From NCBI GenBank assembly GCA_030704615.1, contig CM060734.1, positions 56,048,001 to 56,112,000 on the forward strand: DNA of 64,000 nucleotides, written 5' to 3'. Made by a program: the position numbers and the translations under genes. Every line of letters starts with the position of its first letter. Within the stretch, counting starts at the first letter, position 1. Shown one piece after another: positions 12,784 to 25,699 of this stretch. The notes beneath the pieces were generated by a model, which ran no database searches, was not told the origin of the DNA, and saw only the letters and a list, made by a program, of their open reading frames with translations. This DNA is from Takakia lepidozioides (taxonomy: Eukaryota > Plantae > Bryophyta).

Positions 12784-13603
12784 CAGTGTTGGGCGGTTCT
12801 TGCATTTGTGAAGGAACCTTCGGTTCCGGTTCCAAAATTATTTCAAGAGACGGTTCCGGATCCGGTTCTGGTTTTTTTTTATTGAGCCGGTTCCGGTCCG
12901 GTTCCGGATCCAACTTTTAAACATGGGGGCGGTTCCGGTTACCGGTTAGTTGCTGATAAAAACCATCGGTTCCGGTTAGGTTCCGGTTCTATTTTAAAAA
13001 TATATTTGTTTAATTTAATTAGATTTAAAATATTTTATCAGTCCGGTAGATTAAATAGCAGTGTATTCACATATTTGAACTAAAATCCAACGATTTTGTT
13101 AGTTTTCACTAACACAAAAAAACAAACAAAAATACTCTAAATAAACTGGTAAAAGAAAATGGGTAAAATTTTATGGGTTGAAAGTACTATTCAGCTACCT
13201 GGCAAGTATTGGCATCTTCAAACATTTTATTAATGAACTTAGCCAGGATATCATGGAGCTGGAGATTGAACCCAAGATCTCATGGCGCTGAAGCATTGAA
13301 CATAGAATCTCATGGCCTTCAAGCATTGAACCCAGGATCTCAGGAGCTTAAGAGCATTAAATAAGTTTTTCCCTGGGCCCACCAGCCCCACCAAGTGGTC
13401 AAGAACCAAGAACCGGAACCGAACCGCTTTGGAGCTGGAACCGCCGGTTCCCACACATGTGGTCGTAGCTGGAACCGCCGGTTCCGGTTCCCACACAATC
13501 CCCAATGAGCGGTTCCGGTTCCGGTTCTGCACAGGTGGGTCCGGTTCCACATAACCGGAACCGGCGGTTACCCGGGGCCCAGGCGGGTAACCGCCCAACA
13601 CTG
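12784..13603. mobile_element. Non-autonomous hAT element (820 bp)
   Basis: Perfect TIRs CAGTGTTGGGCGGTT / AACCGCCCAACACTG, an 8-bp TSD GTCTGCAC (12776-12783 and 13604-13611), and GGTTCC subterminal repeats. Confidence 0.95.
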
Positions 13604-14160
13604 GTCTGCACCATCTTAGAGCTATCCATTTGTAGCTCAAGTAAATGTTGTGCACACACAGATCGTCCGTACATATGTAAATACGATCATATCATTTGTC
13701 AATGTGAAGAGTACGACATGGTCAAAACTGAACTGAAAATGATTTGAGTTAGTAATGCAGGGGTCTCACCTTTTTCCATCCATTCTATGAGTCTCTTCGA
13801 TTTAATGTCCGTGGGCATCAGCTTCCAGCTTCTTGACTTTCATTTCTGTCAATAAAATTCAGAACTGAACGAGGATACTTGTATAATAAAGTGGGACTGT
13901 TTCTTGAAAGTTCTTGAGGTCAGACCTTACAGGCAGGTCATTCTGAGCTTCCGGGTTGGGACATCTACAGAAGATTCAAAGGAGTCAACTGATGTATTCA
14001 TGGACTTATGATCAACAGTTATGCACAGGTGCCCACTACTCAGTCCCCTTGAGAGCCCCAGGAACACAAGCAGATATATAAATTTTGACGATAGACAGAC
14101 ATCGGTCTAAAAACGTGCCTAGTGCGCGGGCACATTCTTGTCCTCAAAGTACTTGTTGGG

Positions 14161-16950
14161 GACCACATTATCTATATGAGAATTTCTAATTCGGTAAAAC
14201 AACTAGACTTAAGGGAAATCAAGATCAGCTGCAAACTGCTTCAAGAATTAGTTGACTCCATTTGTACGTACCAGTTGCGCAATGACTACAGCTGTGCAAT
14301 TGTTACAGCCTCCGGCCTCATAGCCTGTGCGTGATGTGTTGGCACAGGCGTCATGGTTCCTTCTTGTGTATAGCTCTACTGCCTCGAGCATACGCACTGC
14401 TCACTCGAGTGAAAGATCAAATGTCACGGCCACAAGAATGTGAATTCTTGCTCTTCCTACATTCACACATGCCTTGTCACAAACACCAATGTCAAACCCT
14501 GTCTTAGCATGTCAAGTGACATGCAATTCTGGGATAATGTCCAGGTTCATACATTCCCTTGTCCTCATCAGGTGATGGCACAAAGTAGGAGAAAGTATGC
14601 CTCCATGACATTCATGTCATGGGCTATACATAGACTTGCAGGCAATTATAAGATTGGATATGACATGCCATAATTCTCCATTGCAACTCCGATTATAGGT
14701 CAGGGACAAGGTTAACGAGAGGAGGACTATACCTTTTCAACACAAAGAACAGCTGTGGTAAACAGACACCACGACAGGGGAGATGCAGCAAAATGTGCCT
14801 TCCTACTCAAGGGAGCTAAAGAGATTCACGGGAGGAAAGGGGGACAGAGACAATAATGCAGAGGGGCCGAAAGCGGGAGCGGGGGAGCGGCGAGGCTACA
14901 GGCCATAGCCCTTGCTCTCGATGTCCCACGAATTTGATCGAATCGAATCGGAACATATCCCGCGTATCGCGGAGTGAGGCACCAAGTGTAAGCTCATGTC
15001 ATGTTTGGCCCAGTTTGAAGGATGGTAGGTACACGAGCAACGAGGGACCTGACATCGCCACGTGCTCGTTGTTGGTTGGTCATGCTCAACCAAAGCACGT
15101 TAGACCACCAAAAGTGGAGGGTGTGAAACAAGACGAGACGTCGGTACGTGGAGTTCTCTTTCGAGACATCAAGGGTGATGTGTATTTTTACTACCTAGTA
15201 GCTTACCGAGGTTTGAACACCGGCATGTTGAAATGTTGGGTACGTATTTTGTGACTGTTGGATGCTGACTAGTACTGGCATATCGCAGCTGTCCGTAATG
15301 GCGCCATTCACTGTTGTAGCGCGCCAGTAAGTAAGCGGGTATAGCCCATGGTTTTTTTTTGCTTTAAAAGGGATCCACGCTGCTCGAAGGCACTTGTGTT
15401 GCTGCTGAGAGAGGAGGGTAGACAGCTTGGGATCTGATGTGTGCGTGATAGAGATTAGCTCGGGCAGCGAGAGCTTGCTGCTTGAGCGGGCCGATTGGAT
15501 ACACGAGGGAGAGGGGCTGCTTGGTTGCTCTAGGCTGAAGCCAAGGAGCTGGTCAGAGCGATGTGGAAAAAGCTGGAATCCCCGATGGTTTTTGTCATGG
15601 TTTCCATCATGATTGCTCATGCGCTGGGAGGAGCAAAACGCTTACATCAGAAACATGTGGTTCAGCCTCTTGCCTATGGTTGCACGGAGTACATGGTATG
15701 CTTCACCACTTGATTAGATACCTGATTAAGTCCATGTGAGTCGTCTTGTTGTACCGCAGATGTTGATAACTTGTGCATCCGAAACTCACTAAACTTTGAA
15801 GTACAAGCTCTTACAGGCTTATCTAGAGATGGTATGCATAATATGTACGTACAACACTCGGCAAATTGATCATTGATAAAGAACTGATGGATAAACGATC
15901 TGTGTACAAGCTGCAGGTGCAATTACATGACGGCTATGTGTCGCTGATGCATCCGTTGGATCACTTAGCCATGCGAAACAAGAATCAAACATCGCAGTTT
16001 GGCAGCACGATACTGCTAATCCACGGATAAGCTCGCATGACAAGTATATTACTGGTAGGGCCAGAGAAGTCTTCAAGAACCGTGACAATGAATTCTACGA
16101 ACATAGACTGATGTGAGGGCAATAAGTTTAGAATTCAAGATGTATCTATAGAGCAGCTTTCTTTACTGACTATGACATCGGATGTTGTGGTGAATTGTAA
16201 CAGCCTATTGCTCACGATGGTTCAATTCGATCGAGGCTATTTCTCACCCAAGCAAAGAAGTTAGCCTTGGAGTTTCGTCACACACACGCGGACCAGCTTG
16301 TGGGGAGCGAGGGCAATTTTGATGGACCGGCTTGCGAGGAGCGAGGGCAATTTTGATTAGCCTCTAGTGACTCTTCACAGATCATGACTCTATAAAAAGT
16401 TTTTGCAAAATTTTGTAAGGCTAGTTTCTATCTAGCTCGACATCGGTAGTAAGTAGGAGTAGCAATTTAGCTTGAGCTTACGTAGTAGGAGCAAGGTAGC
16501 ACGGGAGACCACTCGTAGTTGGAGCTCGACGGATTGATATACTCATGGTGTGTTCCCACGGAACCCGGGTGTCAAAACCCGCCATCTACATCGTCCAAGA
16601 GCCGGCACCTGAAGGTCCCGTCCAAGAGCCCAAGTTATGGAACTAGCATGGCCTGTGTTCCCCTGGAACCAGGGCGTCCCCTGACCTGACAGTCCGACTG
16701 TGTCCAACAACCTTATTCGGACTACATGGCGTGTGGCGTCAAAGCCTGCCCGTTCTTATCGTGTGGCTTCTTGGAGATGCAGGTCCCCGGGCCGTTGTCA
16801 CCCCACCCTTTCTGCAGAGACGGGGAGGAGTAGCAAGGCTTGGAACCGGCGTTTGCGACCACACCATTATGACTGCCAGTAACAGCAGTATGCGCTGAGC
16901 GGCTTCCGCGATGATGCACAAATGGGCTTTGCCTCTGCAATGTTCGCTTG
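14161..16950. mobile_element. Unclassified ~2.8-kb dispersed element, copy 2 (both ends present)
   Basis: Starts GACCACATTATC as copy 3 does and ends CGCTTG as copies 1 and 3 do; flanks are unrelated. Confidence 0.9.
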
Positions 16951-19900
16951 CTCTAGATACTACCTATAGAAGTTATGAGTAGAGGTCCGGACGATCGATG
17001 TTCTTGCTGCTTTCGGTGTTTCTTTCTGCAGCACAGAGAAGTTCATGTTGTCCTTTAAGCTCTATGAGCTTTTCATTCCATTTCTCTTTTGCTTTTTGCT
17101 TTGTAGTTCCTCTTGCTCCTTGTTCCTCTTCCATTAAAGTAGGAACTGGTGTGAATGAAGGCTTACAAAAGACTTCCTTCCCATCTCACCAGTGTGTACA
17201 GTTTCAGTAATTTTGACTGAACTCTACCCTGCAAGTATCCTTGTGGATGCAATGAAGACTTGGAAGCTCTCTTTGTGCATATCCAATTAGTTTGACAAGA
17301 ATCTGTTCCTGGGACTCGTTTTCGACAATACATCCTGCTAATGAGCTCATCCCGCAATACTGCAGATGGCAGCCTTTGAACTTAATTTTGTGGGGTGGGG
17401 AGGAAAGGAAAGGAACACACTTTACTTACCCAAAGGAGGCCAAAACTTTGCAAACTCCACAGATCTCTCTCCACCAGTAGAGGGAGGAGTACACTTTGGC
17501 AAGCTACTGCATCTGCTGTGTTGTCATGAATTGTATCATAGGACATTTATGCACAAAGATCCATGCTGGTGCATGAACATGCATGTGCTCACTGGAAAGC
17601 CTCAAGTGAAGACGCCCTAGTTAGTAGTTTGTTAGAACTCAAAAAAAGTGATGGTCATCCTACTTGTTTCACAACCCACATAAATTTCCAGTAAATCTTG
17701 TTTCTGATAAGGCACATTTAATTAGTGGCACTATTGTGAGCTCAGTTTACAGATGTAGATCTTGAGAAAGCACAGAATTCTCCAGTTTTCTGAGAGCTTG
17801 GGGTTGTGACTCTCGGAGTCGGGCACCGGTTGAATCTACTCGAATTGGTCTCCTGGAGCTAGCTTCATCGAAGGGCAAAATTGGTGCTACAGACTGGACA
17901 GTTCTGTGCGGAAGAAAGGGAAGTCACCATCTCTATGATCCTTATTACAGTCAGTGCCATTGCAAACCCAGAATTATCTGCTCAAAGGCTCAAGTTACTT
18001 GAATTCGTTTATGCTTATAAAAACAATGGTACATGAGGACTCCACAAGACTGCACCTCAACAGTAGCTCTTTTCAGGACACTTACACGCTTATTGAAAAG
18101 CTTCACATCACAGACTTTACTCCCTGACTAATTAGATATGTTCGTAAGTCACAAATTACCAGACATAGCAAAAAAGATAGATTGAGCGAGTAAGTTCATA
18201 ATTGAGAACACTACATGTAGTACTCTGGAAAAAAAATGAAGCGCCCAACATGACGAAGGGGAACAATAGGACCTCTCTGCAAGGCCCCTGCACACTACAA
18301 TTCCTTAGAACCAAGCCAAGACCAAGCCAAAATTGCAAGCTAGTTATAGCTTTCTGGTCCTAACTCAACTCAATAAAATGTGAAAAGATGTGTTCTGCAG
18401 AACTAATGGATTGCATCTTTGTTGTGAAGAGATCCAGGCTCGGCCTCCAGTCTTGGTAAAGGGCTCTAAAACAACCTGACACAGGAATGTCAAAACACTT
18501 TGTTGACAACAGCCTTGGGACAGACTGCAGTGAATAGAAGTGGCACAATACCATCCATTCAAACAAACCAACACACCAGACCTGTCCTCACGAGTCTCTG
18601 GACATCTATTAGAAACCCTGAAAACAAAGACTGTCAAGCACAAATAATGAATCTGCAAAAACATACGACTAGAACAGGGAAGTTGAAATTTTACTACTTT
18701 GATATAAAAGCAATCTGGAGCATTTTCACAGTTTCTGGTATAGTAGTGGTCAAAATTTGTTAGCCTCGCTATCTGAGTGAACTAACCATGCCTGCCACCC
18801 AAAATGCCCACAAAAAAACCGGTAGCAATTCTGAGTTCAGCTCCTCTACAAGGAACAGATGACAACAGTTATAGACATACAGATTGTAAGAAAGCGAAAG
18901 CAGACAGATCATCAGATATATGGAAACTGCAGCTGCGGACCATCAAAGTGGAGCTTTGGAAGGTGCAGCAAGGCCTCAGGACTGTGAGAGCAGGTGTCAA
19001 TGAAGGTTGTCAATAGAGAAATTGTTGAGCTTTCATCCACAGCCTGAAACACACCCACATACATCTAAATGTGAAAAGAAGTATACCACTGGGGGTCACA
19101 GGCTCTGTTCCTGCAGCAAGCCTAGAAGCTGGCACAAGTTCCTTACAACCGGCAGCACATAAGGAAAGGGTCCCAGCTACACCACGTAGGCCAACTGCTA
19201 GATTAAACTCTGACAACTGTTGCCTAGAGTTTGTCTGCCGATTCTCGCCGAAAAAGCTGTCTGATTCACTTCTGCACTCGGAGGCTAATGAGGCTATTTG
19301 GTCCAACCAATTCAAAAAATTCACATAAACATTCACAAATGTATGTTGGATGAGAGAGAGGGAAAGAGAGAGTCCAACACCAAAGCCAGCCTAAAGTAGG
19401 ACTGCCTCCTCTCACAGGTACTGCTCCCTGCTTGGGGTGGGCTCTATGTGCTGGAAGTGCTAAGAAAATAAAATCTGCAATCTAACCTCACATGCTTGGA
19501 ATACTGCAGGTTGATCACGCCAGGAATTGTCAGGGAAGATCCACCCCTATTTCTCAATGAACTATGGACAAATAGTGTTTGGTATAAGGTTTTTCTCCAG
19601 TTAGAAACAGGCTCAGTGGAATCTTCTCCCATTCTCCTTGGCTCACTGATGTGCTTGCTAATGACAGGCAAGGGTGAGGAGGAAGGGGAAAAGCTTAAAT
19701 CCGAGACAAAAGCAGCGCTGTTGTGGTTGTTGGAGCCCTTTCAAGACCTTTGCTGCACAAACAGGTCTGTCTATTTTGGTTTGGTTTTTCTGACATGAAG
19801 GCAGCCGACGTGGGTGCAGATTTGGTTGGCAAAGTGGAACTACGACAGGATTTCTGTGGGGTGTACCCAAACAATGTGTGCAGCCTGAACAATGCGTCTC

Positions 19901-20466
19901 TCTCAAAAGAGCAACGAGTTCTCCGCATGCAAACACCTAACTCTTCACTTCACTTTTCTCCTCACTGGTGTCATCGCTACTCCTCTTGTCTCATCACTGC
20001 TCCTGGCCTTTGTCTCCTCATTGATCCTTTGGCTATGGCGTAAAGGAAGGAGGCGAGGGAAAATGGCGAGGAAGTCGGGCACGGGCAGACAAACGTGTGT
20101 TTAAAACTAACATTACGCACTAAAACCTGTTAAGCTAAAACTTTAGTGGGGCAGGCATTGTGTTAGTTGGAGCAGCTGTTAGGAAAACAGGCTTGCTAAG
20201 CCGTTAGCAGGTGTTCTACGCTAGCAGTGCGGTGCGGCCGGGGCCTAACCATGTTGCCTCACAGACAGACTTTAAACCTCAGAATGAATCTTCTTACTGA
20301 GACTTCAATGCTCTGCAGATAACACAAGCGTGGGCAAAAATCCAATATATTCAAAATTTGGCTTTGTTACGTGGCAGCCCTGTCAACCGCAATACATTGC
20401 TTAATTGGGGCAATCCATGCACGCAAAAAAATTGACGAATCAAAACTTCTGTCAACATGTCAGGAA

Positions 20467-22273
20467 CTAGAGAGAAGGTTGAGATCTTGATGTAGAAATA
20501 CTTTCACAACCAGGACAGTTATGAAGGCTCTCATGAATGTAAAGGTCACATTCAAAGCAGAAGTGCTGCCTGCAGCTTGGACACATGAGCCGCACCCCGC
20601 TTACCTTGCCCCCTGTCATACAAACAAAACAGCAGATTGATGAGCATCCTGTGCAGAAAAAAATGATAAATGCCAGAGAGAGACAACTTGTGAAAGAGGT
20701 ACCTGTGAAAGGGAGTTCCTGCTGGCAGCCATAACAGAGAAGGGCTATGCTTTGCTTCCCATTTGCCTCCGCCAAATTACCAAACTCCTCAAATGGGGGC
20801 ACTGGAAAAAGATGGTGATAAGAGCGTGCCAAGTGGGGAGATGAAACCAATGTCAGCCCACATATGTGACACTCAGTGGGAAGGTCACATACACGAGCTT
20901 TGCAACGTGGGCAGGTGTAACCTCCCCCTATCTTCACTTCTCTGTGGCAAGCACAGAGTGCCACTGCATCTTCTGCACCCCTTTGTGGAAAGCCCATTCG
21001 TACTAGGCTTGCTATAGCTGTCTCTGCCAGTGCTGGAGGGGGTGGGGCATGCTCCATTATAAGGTCTTTCAAGTGGGCCTGTATGAGAGCACATGTTGTG
21101 CTTAGTGTATGTGACCAAGAGAAGTGGGCGAAGTAAGAGCTATGAGCTCCCCAAGAACTCAAATGCTCCAAGTAATGAATGTATCAACTGCACTGGTATT
21201 GCAGAGAATTCAAAAATGAGAACCACAAGGGAACACTGAAGTTGGATTTGAGGAGGTATTAGTTCCACCATACAATGGAGGTCACATTCTACTTGGACAA
21301 GGGTCTGCAATACCAATGATGCACTCAAAACTTGCCAATGACGTAAAAAAGCTGATACTGTAGCCCACATTCTTTCCACAAAACATACATGGTGATGAGA
21401 AAGAGAGGCCAGCACCCACAAACCTCGCTTGTTGCAACGGAATAAATCCCGCTCGTTCGTTCACATAAAAGTTTACAAATGTAAACTTCAGCAGCCAGGC
21501 CTACAACAGAGCATCGGATATTAGCCTCCTTGCACTTCTGGATTGCCTCCATGATGTCTCCAGGGTCACAGGTGCTAAGTGCTGAAAAGATGAGCACCAT
21601 CTCCCGGTGCCCATACGTGGGTATTTGAGACAAAAAACCTCTGGCCAAGTCAAGTGCATTCTGTATCGACACATCCCCTGTGCACTCAAGATTTCCCCTG
21701 AGTGCCTTAATGTGGGTTTCTGGACTCCCACTCAAATCTGTCAGACGGTGGGCAACACCATTGCGTAATGTAATCACCCCAAGATGACTCAGAGGATTTT
21801 GGTCAAAGAACTCCCGCACAAAGGCCTCAACACAGTTGGCCACGATTCCCATGCGGCTGGGCCGGAAGTCCATCTCCGCAGCCGCCTGGGCAGGCATCCC
21901 ACGGTCCCCCAGTTTAGAATGAGGCATTCATCCTTTCCTCCAAATTCTGGCGCTGGGGTTTAAGGACGAAAAACTTGAAGTGAAGTTTGCGGGATCAACT
22001 CACTCGGGAGAGATCGACGAGGAGGTAGAGGTAACGGATGATGCCGCGCTGGATGTGAGGCCCAGCCATGGCTGCAACCTTCTTTCGATGCTGGCGCTGC
22101 TGCTGTACAACATCCACAGGTCGCAACAATCCAGCCTCATCCTCTTGAAGAGCCTCCCAAGACCGATCGTCCGCGTACGCCCGCTCCCAGGCCTCCATGT
22201 CCCGCCCGGCTTCCTCAGCGTCCATATCTCCATCATCTTCCACACCGTATGCCACATCTTTCTCTCCACCCAT
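20467..22273 (-). CDS. GTF2H2: General transcription factor IIH subunit 2 (p44/Ssl1); exons 22273-22004, 21885-21424, 21078-20703, 20612-20467; ~417 aa
   Basis: WERAYADDRSWEALQED, vWA-like Ssl1 domain (FFDQNPLSHLG, STCDPGDI), C4 finger (CPRCKARVCDLPTECHICGLTLVSSPHLARSYHHLFP) and C-terminal CFECDLYIHESLHNCPGC. The spliced length of 1254 nt keeps the frame. Confidence 0.97.
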
Positions 22274-22591
22274 GTGTCTCTTTGGACAAACTATTTGCTT
22301 GCTGTCTGATGGAAGACGAGTGCCTCAGTCTAGAGATTGCTGTGCTGTTGCTGCGAATCCCTTCTCAGAGCTGGCCGGTCCGCATGAGCAGATCGGAGAG
22401 AGACTAGAGATACTAGACATGGCCTTCCTCTTATTCTGCTCTCTGTTCTCTTCCTCAACTCTGATCTTTTGTGACGAGTGAAGCCTCGTTACTCTGCCTA
22501 ATGATTTTGTAAGGTTCTTTTATCCTTACTTTTCTTTTTCTTCTTCTTCTTCTTCTTTTTCTGTTTTTTCCTTACTTATAGCTTATACCGA

Positions 22592-22814
22592 TATGCAGTA
22601 GCTCAGTTGGTAAAGTGTACTAAGTGCCACCCTGATGATACTGGGGTCAAATCTTGCTACTGACGGGTGTGGTATGGTTTCTGGGTGTTGCCCCATTCCT
22701 TCGCGCCCCAGGGCGGGTTACTGTGAAAGAGGTTATTTTCTCCTCTCACTATCAAGGGGCCTGGTTTGTGAGCTGTCGATCCCAGGTGTTTTCCCCTAAG
22801 ATTTTTTTTTTTTT
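22592..22814 (+). mobile_element. tRNA-derived SINE-like element
   Basis: A-box TAGCTCAGTTGG, degenerate B-box GGGTCAAATC, no intact cloverleaf, and a T-run at the end. Confidence 0.6.
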
Positions 22815-25699
22815 ATCAGGGCTACAATCCATCCTCCTGTTAAAGTCTCTTCCTGTAGCAGCGAGTCTAGTCAATGTCACGAATGGAATTCTCAAGCCTC
22901 ATTACCTCGTACAACAATCGGAGTTGTAGACGTGTTTCAATCCTCTAGTCGTCAGCCAAATGTAGAGCGATTGCATCCATGATCAGTGTGCAGGTACAAG
23001 GAGAAATCTTCAGATTGAGGGGAACTGACAAGGAAGGGTTTTTTCCCAGTTTTGAGATGAGGATGTAGAAGATTAGGAGACGGGCATGCATACTGGAAGT
23101 CCTTGGCTCATAGAACCTAGATACCTTCATCAGATAACCAGTTTTACGTGTTTCCCATTCCCTGTTTACAAATACTGAGCATCGGAAATCGGTAGTTCAA
23201 TATACCCTTCGGCAGTAGCAAACTCCATCATTGAAATCTAAGGATGCTATTGCATAGGGAGTGACGCACACTCTTGATATAAGTGGGGCGGCACTCTGCA
23301 TGCAACGCAGAGCCCACTCTATCAAGCAGTGGCAAAGGGTTCTCCTTCCTAAATTTGGAAGTTTTGTGCGTTAAGGTCCAGCCAAGAGTCGTGGGTGGAT
23401 GTAATAGAAGGCTCTTTGTTTCACATGTGTTACTTGCTGAGCTACAGGCAGATCCCTTCTTCTCTACTTGCTGATATGCTATGCTTGTGTAAGTAAAGAT
23501 CTCAGTTGTGCAAGATAGCAATTGCATCTCTTAATGTTTTGTTCTAAGGGCCAGGACCCCTAGTTGGATGTCACAACTGCAGAATTATGCAGGAGATTGA
23601 TTGAGAAAGGCAGAGATGATATTCTCCTGAAGAAAGTGTGCTGAATTGCAAATTTTTCGCCCAACTCATGTTAGCATTTCAGCATAGGGACTACTGTGTG
23701 TTCCGTAGGGTTGCGTTGTTAGCTAGATAATCTTAGGTTGTCATTGTCAGGTAGCAGCATGGGGGAGGATCCTTGCATTGTTGTTGTCGAGGCAGGGATA
23801 GCTGAAGGAGGCAGGTATGGTGTGGGTTCAGCTCCATCCAAGAGGGCCGGATTTCAAGCATAAGAATCCCACTGAGCCATCAAGGATTGATAACTACAAG
23901 ACACCTGCATTTGTAGATGGTCAACTGGATGCAGCAGCAGCAGCACAAGTAGTACACTCAGGCACCTCCACCATGACAACCGATCCCAAACAAGGACCAA
24001 GACACAAGGTCTCTTCTGGCACTTGTGGATAGGTGACTACTGTTCTTTCCAAAGCTTTTCCTCATCTTTGTTTTTTATTTTCGAATATTAACCTGCAACC
24101 CATCCCTGTCACATGCCAAAATAGTTGTAACCACCAGAGATCCACCTGATGAGCTAAATCATAGAACTCATTACCAACAAGTAGGGACACATCTGAGGGA
24201 AAGTACAAAACTAGCCTAAATGTACTGAAAAACAAGGCGCCCTCACCACATTGTGCTTGACCTCGTGTCATGGAAGCAGCTAGCTTGGAGGATTCAACCA
24301 ATCCTCAATCCAAAGGACCTATTGTGCACTCTCCTTATCTTTGTAGTCTGGTGATCTCTGATTGGTCTGTGAAAACGTGCAGCTGAGCGGCCATGGTTTT
24401 AAACATGGCCTCCTAAGACCAAGCCACCCCTCCCAAGTACCTGGTACACCAGGAGAAACCCTTGGGCAATGCATCTTTACATGTGCCACTTCTGCTGGCA
24501 CTGAAAGGGCAAAGGCCATTTCTGCTAACTCCTGAGCTTTGACTTCAAGATCCTGAAGTTTGCGATGCACCAGTTGCTGTGCTCTATGACATTCCTTCAT
24601 ATCCACCCCAAGTCCCCAATTCTCCATGTCTGCCAGCACTCCTACCTGACCACATGTGTCTTGTCACACAGCTCACCTCCCTTTCTCCGTGACCATTTGT
24701 TGCATTCAGAAAGTTTCCTCTCAAGCCATTCCATAAACCCGATTAAATAATGGCTGATATAGCTCCTTCTTGTCATTCTCTCTGAGATTCCATGGATGTC
24801 ATGGAATTACTTCCTTCCTTTCTTTCACTTTGCTAGTGTGCTCCCAAGACAATATTTTCTGTTGCATCACCAAACTCACGCCTCCTAAAATAGCCTGTGA
24901 CTAGAAGCGAATGGAAGCTTCAGATTTATGCGAGGTATCCCTTTGCCTAAATTTGCACCTACTTATCTGGAAAGGAACAAAGTTTTTTTATGCTGCCATG
25001 ATTTATGACCTACATCTTAGGGTGGTGTTACTTATAGGGATCCTTCATTATCTTTAACCTCGTCACACTTCACTTGAAACACACTGATTGAGAGGCAGGT
25101 GATGCGGAAAGCATCATTGAATGTTCAACGAGAGTTGCCCAAATTGCGAAGGATGGAGGAAAAATATTACCAAGGGCATTTCGAGTTGAAGGAGAGGATG
25201 GTCGAGGCCCTCTGTCATTAACAGCTTCCAAAAAGCCAAATGCAATGCCCACACTTGTGCTGCCCCACGGCAGCAACCATTACCTGCCACACAACCCATC
25301 TGGTTGCCCCACCTTCCTGCCCTGCTGGCAGCAGCTGCAACCTCACCAGGCAATCTCTTCTTTACTTCCTCTCAGATATATTAGCAAAACACTCGTCAAC
25401 CTTCATTCATCATGCTGCAACCTACATCTCACCTGCTGGGAAGAGGGAGGAAAGAGAAATCAAGTTGAATCAAGGCCTTGCTTTGCATACTATGTACACA
25501 ACTTATCTCCAAAGAAGTCAAAGATTCAGGTATTACCAGGTCATCAATGCACGAGACACTCAGCGTGTGCAGACAACTGCCCAAGGAATGCACAAGATGA
25601 CATAATTTTTTCTTTTGTTAGCGCTTCACTTTCCAGCTACAAACTTCTTAAGAAGGAACCATAGCTTCAAACATCAGATATAGGTAGTTTGTGTTTAGC

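Noticed and set aside
13251-13747. ORFs with EPEP/GTGT repeats
   Set aside because: They are translations of GGTTCC subterminal repeats in the hAT MITE.
22592-22665. Functional tRNA gene
   Set aside because: A and B boxes are present but the acceptor and anticodon stems do not pair; treated as a SINE head.
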